Below, piece by piece: positions 1 to 12,161 of a stretch of DNA of 64,000 nucleotides; position 1 is the stretch's first letter; each line of letters starts with the position of its first letter. Both the position numbers and the translations under genes were made by a program. The notes beneath the pieces are model-generated. The model was given only the letters and a program-made list of their open reading frames with translations, had not been told where the DNA came from and searched no databases. Where the stretch lies: positions 212,040,001 to 212,104,000 of the forward strand of contig OZ024740.1 of the NCBI GenBank assembly GCA_964016885.1. The letters run 5' to 3'. This DNA comes from Eledone cirrhosa. Taxonomy: Eukaryota.

Positions 1-71
1 GCTCCTAAGTGTTAATAGAACAGTGAGTGTATGTGCGCGCGCGTGATTTTGTCGGCGTTCTTAAATTAGAG

Positions 72-148
<77 letters not shown>

Positions 149-269
149 TGTGGCACTGATTGTAAGTTAGAGACATATATGTGTGTGTATCACTTTCCCT
201 CCTTTTACATGCACATACATTCACACAAACACACATACACATTGTGTGATGGACGGGTGGACAGAAGTC

Positions 270-733
270 CCTCAAATTTATATACATGTGAATGGAGTTC
301 TACTGAAGCAGTTAGAGAAGTTCAAGTATCTCGGAGCCGTGTTCGTGAGTGATGGAAGGCAGGAGGCTGAATTAAGTGTAACAATTGCAAAAGCTGGTGC
401 AGTAATGCGGCAGCTTCAGCATTCAGCAATCAGAAGAAGAGGGTAGGTGTAAAAGCCAAATTCGCTGTCTTCCTGGTATTCCTGATAGTTGAGAGATCAC
501 CACTCCGATATTATGAGTATGTGGTTAGAATGTCTCAGTAGAGAATCGCTGGACACATTTTACAGGCAAAATCAACCGGCAAGAGACCCAGAGATAGACC
601 CCGAGCAAGATAGTTGGATAACTTCCATGAGCTTGGCTGGTCACGCTTTGGGATCCAGCTGGATTAGCTGGAGATGTTTGAGAAGGACTCTTCTCCACGA
701 CCCTCTCAGAAATAAGTGGGCGAAGAAGAAGAT
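270..733 (+). mobile_element. RTE-like LINE 3' relic
   Basis: HVNGVLLKQLEKFKYLG...IAKA, a post-RT LINE motif; ends in (GAA)n. Related pieces at ~35200-35370 (+) and 49655-50140 (-). Confidence 0.7.
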
Positions 734-1011
734 ATTATCAATTTACTTTTCAATTTACATATATATATTTGCGTATAATACCAATATGCACACTACGTAT
801 GCCAGTAGAAAACCACACGCGGGCGGTTGTTCTGCTAGTAATGTCTAATGTTGAACTATTTCATTTAAATGGTAGCGTTGTTTTGAATCTGTTCTTTTTA
901 CAAACGTACCTATCATGTAAACATTATTACGGGGTCGATAAAATAAAGTACCAGTAATGCTCTGGTTAATTGCTGGCCTTGTGCCAAACGTAGAAACAAT
1001 TATTAATTTCA

Positions 1012-1210
1012 AGGGCGGTGGATTGGCAGCATCGGTAGAGGGTCGGACGAAATGCTTTGCAGCATAGTGTTACAGCCCGTTACGGTCTGAGTTCAAATCC
1101 CGCCGAGGTTAACTTTGCCTTTTATCCTTACAGGGTCGATAAAATAAAGTACCAGTAATGCACTGGGATAATTGCTGGCCTTGTGCCAAAAGTAGAAACA
1201 ATTATTAATT
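1012..1210 (+). mobile_element. tRNA-derived SINE
   Basis: A-box-like TGGCAGCATCGG, B-box GAGTTCAAATCC, body GTCGATAAAATAAAGTACCAGT repeated many times in the window. Confidence 0.8.
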
Positions 1211-1516
1211 TCAACAAAAACATTTTGGCTAAAAGCAGCAATAATAACAAATATGTTTGCTTCTATGCAGTTGCTTGACCTGTTGGAAATAGCAGCCAAA
1301 TTTATTTTGGTCACATCTTGAATAGGGAAAGGACTCTTTGGGTTTAATGCCAAGATGTGACCTAAAGAACTTCTTTTCATTTTAGTATACTATATTTCTT
1401 TTCGGAACTGAAAGAGGGCGTGTTCCGAAAAGAAATATATATTTGTATTGAGAGATCCAAGTTTCAGTTTAACATTTTATTCGTAATCACACCTAACACG
1501 TGTTTCGTGAATCTAT

Positions 1517-1651
<135 letters not shown>

Positions 1652-2388
1652 TTTCACTGTTTTTGGTACATCTGAGGATTTCAATTTACGTTCTTTCTTC
1701 AGTTTTAACTCCCCCTCTTCAATATTTTAATATCTCGCAGTTCTAAATTTAGGACTTTTATCGAATTTATTGTTTTAAACGTTTACAAACACATTTCCTC
1801 GTTTTTGGTACATCTCAAAATTCCTTTTTCAGTTTCAAATTCCTCTCTTCAATGTTTTAGTGCCTCACTGTTCTATTTTTGCAGTTTTTACTCTCTTATT
1901 GAATTTCCTGTTTTAAATGTTTACACACAACATTCATCTTAATATCTTGCATACATTTCGCCACAAATACAGAATCTATTTCTCTGTTTTAGCTCGCTCC
2001 CAACCTCCTATTCCCGTACGGTCCATGCATCCCTTTTATATGCCCATCCAATGGTAGATTTAACATTGATGGTCGGTTTCGTAACATCCTATCAGCCTTT
2101 GTCATCCCGTTCCCTACCCCTCCATCATCGAATTCGACCAAAAGCAGCCCTATTCATCCATTTATTCACCCCACCACTCCTGTAACACCTAGCTTGCCTC
2201 CAACGTCACCTTTCCCCCAACCGAGCCCCAAAGCCAGAGTTAATGCTGTTCGCCTGATTCCTCCCTCTACCTCTATAGTTACCTTACCCCCACCAACTTC
2301 TCCTCCCCGTCTGAATCCCAATTCTAATGCCGAAAGTTTCTCAAACCAGACGTGAAACCAATGTCACTTCAGCTCCGACTTATATTGG

Positions 2389-3700
2389 ATGTCAGAACCT
2401 AACTCCGACGTTCAGATCCCTGTTGACGATTTTTCCGCTGCCCTCCAGGGCGAGTTTAAGTTGAAACTCATCAACAGAATCCCAAAGGGAGCTCGGACCA
2501 GTTTCGTCCATACTCTCTCCAAGCTGCTGAAGAATGTTTGCTTATCCAACAACATTTCGGATTGGCAGAAACTATTCTTGTTTAGTCAGGACGAGCTCCA
2601 GATCTCCATTGCACCCCAAGTGGGAACCGATGTCTGTTGGGATTTGAAATATCGTTGTGGAAGGTCCCTCGACCCCACAGGCCTCCACGGTTTGTCCTGT
2701 GGCCTGAATACTGGTTGCTTCGTCTGTCACACCGAGATAAACATGATCATTAAGCGGGCTCTAGCTCGAGTAAATACCCCCTCAGAATTGGAGCCAGCTG
2801 GATTATTCAGAAGTCATGGGGAGAGACCAGACGGCCTTACCCTTAGTCCCTGGATAACAGGCAAATGTCTCATCTGGAACGCCACAATCTGTGACTCTTT
2901 TGCTCCCTCTCACATCATGGATGTTGTGTTAAATGTGAGGGTCACTGCTTCGATTGCCACCAAACAGAATAAAATCAGAAAACACCGAGAACTATCAAAT
3001 AATTATTTTTCCAGCCTGTGGCGTTCGAGATGTTTGGCGGAGCTGGACCGCTGACAGCAAAGTTCTTGTCATCGTTGGCGGCTCACCTTATGGAGATGTC
3101 AGGTGATGCCCTTAAGGGTGTCTGGTTGTTTCAGCGCCTGAGCCTCGCCATCACCCGTGTTGGCTTACCTAAAAAAATTCCGTTGTCGCATTGGTAGTGA
3201 ATTAATGGCCGGTTTTGATTTTGTTTCCCTTTCTTTCTGTCGCATTGATCGTGTATTTTGGTTCGGTGTATTTGTAAGGTTTATATCACAACTGGAGCCA
3301 GCAGGCCTCAACAATGGAGCAAACGCTCTGACGGAATTACCCCCTTCCCATTCAAAGGAGGTAAATCCCTCATCTGAGCTGACACATGCTGTGACACGTT
3401 CTCCATCTCCAACTTAGTCGCTTCAACCATAGACTGAGGCCCGTAATGTAGAGGACAGGAAGGCAACTAAATACCGGGGCTTGTCCGGCCTCTTCCTCTT
3501 CGTACCGGTCGCCGTCGAGACCTCAGGCGTCCTCGGATACCATACTGCCCTTCTCCTGCGTAAAATATGATTGTCAGCAGCCCGTCTGAGGAAGGTACCC
3601 TGCGAGGTGAGGTGGTTGTTGCAGCGGGTGTCGCTGGCCATTGTCTGCGGTAATGCCCTTGCAGTTTTGTCCGCAGAGTGCAGCCCGAACACCACCCTTC
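2389..3700 (+). mobile_element. CRE-like non-LTR retrotransposon relics (restriction-like endonuclease domain), two fragments
   Basis: CGRSLDPTGLHGLSC knuckle, EPAGL..RPDGLTLSPW..GKCLIWNATICDSFAPSH (PD-(D/E)xK RLE); second degraded copy ~3290-3700. Confidence 0.75.
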
Positions 3701-3996
3701 CCAGGCATTGTGCCTATCACCCTCTCCCCTTCCCCTCACTTTCTTCTGTAACCTCATAGTCCTTGCTTTTTGTAACCTCGTAGTCCTTTTCTAACCTCAT
3801 AGTCCTTTTCCTCTCATTTATGGTATTTATAGCCCTTTCTCCTACTTTCCTATCCAGTCAGATCTGCCCTTCTTTACGCCTCCTTTTGGCTCTTCGTTGC
3901 TTGGTTTCGTTTTTATCCTTTTTTTTTTTTACTATTTCTTTCATATTTCTATCAATATTTGCAATGCTATTTATACAACTGTGAATAAAATTATCC

Positions 3997-4095
<99 letters not shown>

Positions 4096-4590
4096 TGACG
4101 TGAAATAAGAAAATTATAAAAATCTACTTACTAAAATTTCACTCTAACTAATTAGTTTCTGAAAGGGAATAAACATGGTTTCCGATTGGAACAACATGGA
4201 GAAATATCCTTTCGTCATCAGGGAGATCTGTTCTCAGCTAAGTTCCCAGGCAAAGCGTGGACACAGGGAACTTATACAAAAATAATTCAGTGGATGTCAC
4301 TGTGGATGAATGCGCCACCGACTAAGTAGGCAGTGATTTTTTCAATATCCTGGAATCTAGTCCTCGCTTGCTTTTTTTCCATCCACTGAATTATTTTTGT
4401 ATAAGTTCCCTGTGTCCACGCTTTGCCTGGGAACTTAGCTGAGAACAGATCTCCCTGATGACGAAAGGATATTTCTCCATGTTGTTCCAATCGGAAACCA
4501 TGTTTATTCCCTTTCAGAAACTAATTAGTTGGAGTGAAATTTTAGTAAGTCAGTAAATTTTTATAATTTTCTTATTTTACGTCTTTCATA
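4096..4590. repeat. Inverted repeat of a Penelope pLTR-like unit carrying a hammerhead ribozyme
   Basis: 4096-4287 is the reverse complement of ~4387-4590. Confidence 0.85.
4451..4534 (+). ncRNA. Type I hammerhead ribozyme
   Basis: CTCC-CTGATGA-cGAAAGG...CCTTTCa-GAAA-CTAATTAG-TT-GGAG; palindromic stem III. Confidence 0.75.
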
Positions 4591-4740
4591 TAATTGTTCT
4601 GCATCCCCTTGCATTGAACCACAAAGTTACTAAGACAAAACCTATATATTTGCTAGCATAGGTATACATCTGTATATATATATTGGTAGATATACTAATT
4701 CTTTATATATATATATATATAAGTATGTATACGTGCATAC

Positions 4741-4846
4741 CAATTAGTTTTAATGGTTTCATTATTTCTTGTCCTAGATGATTGCCAACAACTTCTATCC
4801 ATACACCCATTTTCTTGTATGATGCCTTTACAAAAGTTACTAAATT
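4741..4846 (-). CDS. Candidate host exon (weak)
   Basis: Minus strand: tttcaatttgctccag| open frame |gtatgc; phase-compatible with candidate exon 10560-10644. Confidence 0.25.
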
Positions 4847-6064
4847 CTGGAGCAAATTGAAAAAAGGAAACTGTAGGTACACAACATTTTGGGGTCAATT
4901 TTAAAATGCTGTAGTTTTACAGTCAATAGATAAAAAAAATCTGTCCTGTGCAATCAGTACTTGGCAAAACTGAAAGTAGTAGCTCACAGGTAACCCCTTG
5001 AAGCACATACCGAATAATAATGCTAATCTGATCTATGGATGAAATATCCATTCATCTTCTTTGTTATATTTAAGCCAGTTTCTTGAGACTGAGTCATTCA
5101 TAATTTTCCTCTCATACAAACGCGCATCAAACAGTAGGCTGACATGGATGTTCAGTAAAAAACAGTTTCCAGATTTGATCATGATGGACGTTCGAAGATT
5201 CCAGTAGCTGATCTTTCATTTTCTTGTAAAAGTTCATTTACAGAATGTGCATTAGAAACTAAGTCATTTATGTCTCAAGTAATATCCGATCCTCCGTCAC
5301 TAGTTAAAGCTATGTACTCCGATGTTGCAACTACAGGCAGTACAGATACCGGAACGATGAAGACAGAAATAGTACTGGACCTGGGTTGATTAGAAAAGGA
5401 TGCACGTGTATGTCTCTACATCCAAAGTAACTCCTCCCTGTTCTTACAACTCACATGTCACTGCATGATCCCCATGGGTATTGTTTCTTGTTTCTTGATT
5501 ATTTGTTGCAGAACTGGACATTGATGTGGATAGTGGTTGCGGTATTATAAAATCTGTAATAGACCGCTTGGCTGACTCCTGCCTTTCTGCTTCATGTCAC
5601 TCTTTACGTTTCAGTGATTTATGCTTTTTATTATCCATGTTGGTAGGGGTAATATATATATATATATTGTTATACTTTGGGAGGGTCATGTTGCCAATAA
5701 GAAACACACGCACCAGTTGCTTTCACTTCAATTTATTATAATAAATTTATAATAAATTTATAAATTTATAAGTTTCTGGTTGGTTGGTTGGTTCCACAAC
5801 CAGATAGTTGTTTATATATTGTCATAGTTCTTTCGTCACACACTCTGTGACCTCTACAGTGACTGGGGATTCCTTTCTTTGTTTCTGTGCCTCTCCTTTG
5901 TTCTGTCCTACGCCAATTTGTTTCTGTGTGTGTGTTGTGTGCTCAGTCTGCGCATGCGCCACATCCGGGTGTCTGTGTGTGTTTATGTTCATTTATTTAT
6001 TTGTTTATTTACATGTTACTGGTTGGTTGTTTGTTCTATGTGTGTGTGTGTTTTCATTTTGTCC

Positions 6065-6334
6065 TTAATTGTAAGTTGTGATGTTGCTGTTCCACTCATA
6101 TTTTCTATTTAATTTTGGTTGTAATTCTTTTATGTTTATTGCCTCTGTAATTTGTCGAAACATTGCGTCTTTTTTGTGTGTAGATTCTATTTTTATTTCT
6201 ATGTTCTCTAATTTACCCTTGTGTTCTATTTTAGCATGTTGGTAGAGTACAGATGATTCTTTACTATCTTGAAGGTCTCGCCAGTGTTCATTTATCCGTT
6301 CCCCTACACTACGAGCTGTCTCACCTATGCACAC
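6065..6334 (-). mobile_element. Penelope-like element fragment, GIY-YIG endonuclease
   Basis: IGETARSVGERINEH...SVLYQH...ITEAINIKELQPKLN. Confidence 0.8.
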
Positions 6335-6595
6335 TATATTTTAGTCTCTACATCGTCCTTCGGTACATCTTATGCTATACACTACATTTCTAGTTTTACA
6401 GTTAATATGAGAGCTTATTTTACAGGTTATACATTGCTTTTTGATTTACTTTTCATGTTTGCAGACACATTATACTACTATATAAATTCATTAAAAAATT
6501 TAAGATCGCAGACAATTCACTTTTTTACTTTGAATCAGATTTTTATCCGTATGATTCACGAAGTTTGACTTGTATATTTATAGTATATATGTGTT

Positions 6596-7782
6596 ATGCG
6601 CGCGCGTGATTTTGTCGGCGTTCTTAAATTAGAGACATGTGTGTGTGTGTATGTGTGTGTGTGGCACTGATTGTAAGTTAGAGACATATATGTGTGTGTA
6701 TCACTTTCCCTCCTTTTACATGCACATACATTCACACAAACACACATACACATTGTGTGATGGACGGGTGGACAGAAGTCCCTCAAATTTATATACATGT
6801 GAATGGAGTTCTACTGAAGCAGTTAGAGAAGTTCAAGTATCTCGGGGCTGTGTTCATAAGTGATGGAAGGCAGGAGGCTGAATTAAGTGTAACAATTGCA
6901 AAAGCTGGTGCAGTAATGCGGCAGCTTCAGCATTCAGCAATCAGAAGAAGAGGGTAGGTGTAAAAGCCAAATTCGCTGTCTTCCTGGTATTCCTGATAGT
7001 TGAGAGATCACCACTCCGATATTTGCGTATAATACCAATATGCACACTACGTATGCCAGTAGAAAACCACACGCGGGCGGTTGTTCTGCTAGTAATGTCT
7101 AATGTTGAACTATTTCATTTAAATGGTAGCGTTGTTTGAATCTGTTCTTTTTACAAACGTACCTATCATGTAAACATTATTACAGGGTCGATAAAATAAA
7201 GTACCAGTAATGCTCTGGTTAATTGCTGGCCTTGTGCCAAACGTAGAAACAATTATTAATTTCAAGGGCGGTGGATTGGCAGCATCGGTAGAGGGTCGGA
7301 CGAAATGCTTTGCAGCATAGTGTTACAGCCCGTTACGGTCTGAGTTCAAATCCCGCCGAGGTTAACTTTGCCTTTTATCCTTACAGGGTCGATAAAATAA
7401 AGTACCAGTAATGCACTGGGATAATTGCTGGCCTTGTGCCAAAAGTAGAAACAATTATTAATTTCAACAAAAACATTTTGGCTAAAAGCAGCAATAATAA
7501 CAAATATGTTTGCTTCTATGCAGTTGCTTGACCTGTTGGAAATAGCAGCCAAATTTATTTTGGTCACATCTTGAATAGGGAAAGGACTCTTTGGGTTTAA
7601 TGCCAAGATGTGACCTAAAGAAATTCTTTTCATTTTAGCACACTATATTTCTTTTCGGAACTGAAAGGGGGCGTGTTCCGAAAAGAAATATATATTTGTA
7701 TTGAGAGATCCAAGTTTCAGTTTAACATTTTATTCGTAATCACACCTAACACGTGTTTCGTGAATCTATTATATATATATAT
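6596..7782. repeat. Local duplicated block, copy 2
   Basis: Matches 32-1525 with an internal deletion at an ATATT microhomology. Confidence 0.9.
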
Positions 7783-8099
7783 AGCTCTGGTTTATCCAAA
7801 CTATTGAGCCCTTTGCCACGAATTTCGAAGATTGTGTTTCGTTATTTCGTGAGCCGAAATTCCGATTCTCGATAATTTATTTGTATTTATCTCCAGTCTT
7901 TAGCTATTGACCAGTTAATTTTATTGATTTTTTAGTTGATCTTATTGACTGATAAATAGCTCATGTTAATTTTAACCCGTCTGTTGAGAACTCTAATTCG
8001 ATATGTGATATTTTGTATTTTTACAAATATATACACTGCCGAATTCATTCGAATAATTTAAGGAAAGTGAAGAATAAGAGCTTATGGAGGATAAGTATC

Positions 8100-8912
8100 T
8101 GAAAGTGAGTTAAGTTTATATGAGCTGGAAAGCAAGTGTGATTTCATGTGTGGGCAACTGGTGAAAATTTCTGTTTTTGTATTTAGGCAGGTTTTTGGTG
8201 ATTTAAGGTTTTGTAAAATCCAATATTTTTCACTTATGCAGAGTGTACAGCTTCTTGTTCCTCTTGCATATTATTTAGATTGGTTCAAAATTGACCAATC
8301 CAATTTATATTGGATACCTTGGTCTTTCAAATCCCATATTCTGCTAGCCAGAGCTGTTTTGAATCTTTTTTCTGGATGTCGGAAAGATGCGACATGTGAG
8401 TAATAACGCGTTTTGAATTTGTTTTGTGTCATACCCACATATCGTTCGCTGGTAGCTGGTTGGTTGTTGCTGATGGTTGTCACTTTAGCCGCATATACAA
8501 TAGCTTTGGTGTTCCATTTACCTTGTAATGGGCATTCACTTTTGACTCTACAGGAGCAATTTTGATGTTCTCTGGGTGATTTCTTATTGATGATATAAGA
8601 TTTAATAGGGGGACCGCAGGAGTAGCTAATTTTGACACAGTTTCTATTGAATTTATAATAGTATCTATGTGTTCTAGGGAAATGTTTATCTAAGAGCTCT
8701 AGGAATTTTTTGCCTACATTAGTTTTAACGGCTAGAGAGTAGGGGGGGGGGGTGAATCAGATTATTTTTCTTTTCCTATTATTATGTTTAAAAGAGTTAG
8801 TATTGTTGGGTATGTACTTAATCGGTTCGCTAAATCCGGTATTTTGAAGGGCTTTATTATAGTAGGGGGATGCCTTATTGAAAATAGCTTCTGAGGAAGA
8901 GAGGGTGGAGAT
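8100..8912 (-). mobile_element. Penelope-like (Neptune-type) 3' fragment, GIY-YIG
   Basis: ISTLSSSEAIFNKASPYYNKAL...; YVGMTQNKFKTRYYSHVASFR...TALASRIWDLK. Confidence 0.85.
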
Positions 8913-8953
<41 letters not shown>

Positions 8954-9333
8954 CCTTTATCACCTTGACCGACCAGTCTGTCGGGCGCCCATCGGCGCCG
9001 CTGGTCACAGCACGTGCTATTTTAGCCATACGATGACGCCATCCCACTGGCTGGGTGGGAAGGCCGATATATATATATATATATATATAAATCAGGAAAG
9101 AAGATTGACATGGTTTGCTATACAAAAAAAGGTTTTTAATCTCATTGCTGACAATTGTTTCTCTGAACTGGTAGGTCTAGAGATCGCTATCCGCTTGTTT
9201 TCACGTTACTCGATCGCCAATACAAAATTATAACCAGTCAGTTCTGTTATTATTGTTCTAACTGAATGCCATTACTACTTCATATAGTAGCCTGTATATT
9301 CCTTTCATGCCTGTATATCCTCTTCATTCTCGC

Positions 9334-9443
9334 TTGCTCCGAAGAACTGACTGGTTATAATTTTGTATTGGCGATCGAGTAACGTGAAAACAAGCGGATA
9401 GCGATCTCTAGACCTACCAGTTCAGAGAAACAATTGTCAGCAA
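9334..9443 (+). ncRNA. Hammerhead-like motif with variant core (CCGAAGA); partial inverted copy ~9086-9248
   Basis: TTGCT-CCGAAGA-ACTG...ACCAGTT..-GAAA-CAATTG-TC-AGCAA. Confidence 0.55.
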
Positions 9444-9668
9444 TGAGATTAAAAACCTTTTTTTGTATAGCAAACCATGTCAATCTTCTTTCCTGATTTA
9501 TTATTACTCCAAGTGTTTACAACATAGGAATTACAGCATACTCGCAACATCACTATGAAAACGTCTTGTTGAGTCAAACCAAGCCAAGCGTTGATATCAT
9601 CCACTACCCGGAATACCATAACTGGACTACACCTAAGTGGACTGCATATAACTATTATTTGTTATCCC

Positions 9669-9709
<41 letters not shown>

Positions 9710-10559
9710 CATACATATTAAGAAGGACAATATTCCCAAATAATGCATCAATACTTTTATTCCCATAGTTCAATTTTCTTTTACTAAAATATATTAAGAA
9801 GAAATTTAAGAAATTCTTACATAGGCTCCTATAAGTTTAAACTTAATCTTTTCTACAAATTCCTGGCCTGTAAATAATATAAAAATAATTATTGAAATAC
9901 AATACATAATATTGATATATTTAAATATTAAATATTTAAATAAAAATGAGATCTACATTAAAATTACATTTTTCACATCAGTTTCTCTCTAATGGGTTTG
10001 TCTTTGTAAAGTACTATTGAGTAGAACTGGCATGAATAATGGTGTTTGGAATTATTTCTGGGCAAGAATGTCAAAGTAAATTGTAGAAGATTCCATCCTG
10101 ATATAATTACTGGTAAAAAACGTTGATATGTCATATTCAGTTAAACTTAACTGAAAACCATATATAAATAACTAATTCTAACTTTAACTTGATAAACTCT
10201 AAACAAAAATAATATCAAAACATTAGTTTCAGTACAAATAATAACAGAAACATATCTATGGCTTAATGGACATTTTATATATTTCTACTTTGATTCCTAC
10301 TTTGGACTATTGCTTTCTTCATGTTCACTCTAAACCAGAACATTTGGTTTATTTGAAACATTAATAAGATTCTTTAATCTCTTTATGAACTCAATACTAA
10401 ATTTATATAAAACACAGCTGACTTATCTCACATCAACAATAATACTTTATTAAAACATATGAATTAAACAAAAACATCTAATAATGTGGAAAATGCAATT
10501 TTAAAATAAAAGAAATGTAAAATTATGATGAAAATTATAAGAAATGAAATATAACTTAC

Positions 10560-10644
10560 GTTGAAATTCCAATATTATAATTGCAACAAATAATATTGTT
10601 ACAAATATAACAAAACTCCTACGCAGCTTCTGAAGTGATACCAT
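10560..10644 (-). CDS. Candidate host first coding exon encoding a type II signal-anchor (MVSLQKLRRSFVIFVTILFVAIIILEFQ)
   Basis: Upstream acceptor ttttcag (10758), ATG at 10644, basic residues then a hydrophobic stretch, strong donor |gtaagt at 10559. Confidence 0.4.
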
Positions 10645-11089
10645 TTTATCCAATGAAGAAAACTTTAGCTGAGAATAGTCATCAGTTCTTTATTAAACCA
10701 TATTATATCATTAAGAGAAAATTACATTGAAGATAACATAGTCCTTGACAACTTCCGCTGAAAATATACATTTAAAAGGAAGGTGAGATTAAGCACTTTC
10801 TTTATACTTATATATATACATACATATATTCTCAGCGCTTCAAAAGCCAAAAATTCAGCTTCGTACATAATATATATTCTAGGAAAAAAACCAAATCATT
10901 AACATACAGAGCGGTAGCTGGCCCAGCAACAATTAGAAATTTGTGTTGGAGCTCTGAAATAGCGATACGTACATTCATATGAATATACGTATTGTATATT
11001 TAATAATATACTGTATGTTTATTTAAAATATTTTGAAGGCTTTTCGCTATGAATTTATGGTAGACATCACTACAACAAATTTTTAATTG

Positions 11090-12060
11090 TTGCCTCCCGT
11101 ACTTTAAAGTTGTTATCGGCTTTTCGCAACACTCCACCTCAGTGAACGAGAGCCGCAACAAAACGTCGAGGTAAGCACTAACGTCCATTCTGCTATCCGG
11201 CCCGCCGCTGTCCGCGAAGAGCCGAGCGAAGTGATGCTGAAAAGCCGAACACATTTTCCCGGGATCGAGTAACATGCACCCGCTGTGGACCTCCCTGTCT
11301 ATGAAGCCTATCTAAGTCGATTACACAAATCACAAATTTGTGGTCCGTGTAGTTGACTATCTTGAATTGTGGGCAACCTATGCTAGAACTATCTACTTCT
11401 TTACAAAACACCCTATCTACGTACGATCTGGATGACCCATGAGGTTTATTCATGTCCACATTGGCACATTCGGGAAATCCAGTCGGTACCTCTCAGAAAG
11501 TTGGAAACGTCTGAACAGGTTTGCGAGGTTTAAAGAGCCACTAGCCTGAAAGCATCGCCTTTGCTTCTGTTCACGTCCAGCACCACCGGCTTACCTTCTG
11601 GGTCCAGGCCTTTCCGAAACAACAGTGCTACTCCGCCTCCCGATCCCGGCCGGCTTGAAGATGCGTACACATCGTAACCGTCGAAGACTGGTGCGAAGGC
11701 TTGTGCCTCGGAAATTCTTGCTGATGGCCACCACATCTATGTTTATTGACCTGAGGTCATTGAGCAGGTGGCCCTGCTTCCATGATGATACCAGGCTACG
11801 TGCATTTACACTGCCTATTCTGAGTAAGGCAATGTTGAAAAAGAGTGGGAAAATGGGGAAAGACCACTTCCCACAGTTCTTGTGGAGGAAGGACGGTTCT
11901 TCCGTCGTTCTGACTGGTTGTGGCCCTCTCCTGAATGATGTCTTTGTACATCCCCCTGGAAAGCGTTTGCTGGAAATCTTCGATGTCATTGAGGAATTTT
12001 TCTTTTAGGGTTGTATGGGTTTTCTGTGAGATAAGTGTTATTTATATGTCTGTAGGTGAA
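11090..12060 (-). mobile_element. Degraded Tx1-like element (ORF1 end + APE endonuclease fragments)
   Basis: LRIGSVNARSL, GGGVALLFRK, SYVDRVF, YTDHKFV, AFQHHFARLF; related to 60846-64000. Confidence 0.8.
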
Positions 12061-12104
12061 CAATACTAATAATAATATGGACTAGGTGTCAAATTTTCAT
12101 ATAT

Positions 12105-12161
12105 ATATAGAGAGAGATAGATCGATAGATCAATCGATCGATAGATAGATAGATAGATAGA
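12105..12161. repeat. (GATA)n microsatellite at the 3' end of element A
   Basis: atagatagatag run abutting TTTCTTTATT. Confidence 0.9.

Noticed and set aside
5000-5645. Coding-like unique sequence
   Set aside because: Stops in the frames inspected and no recognisable motif.
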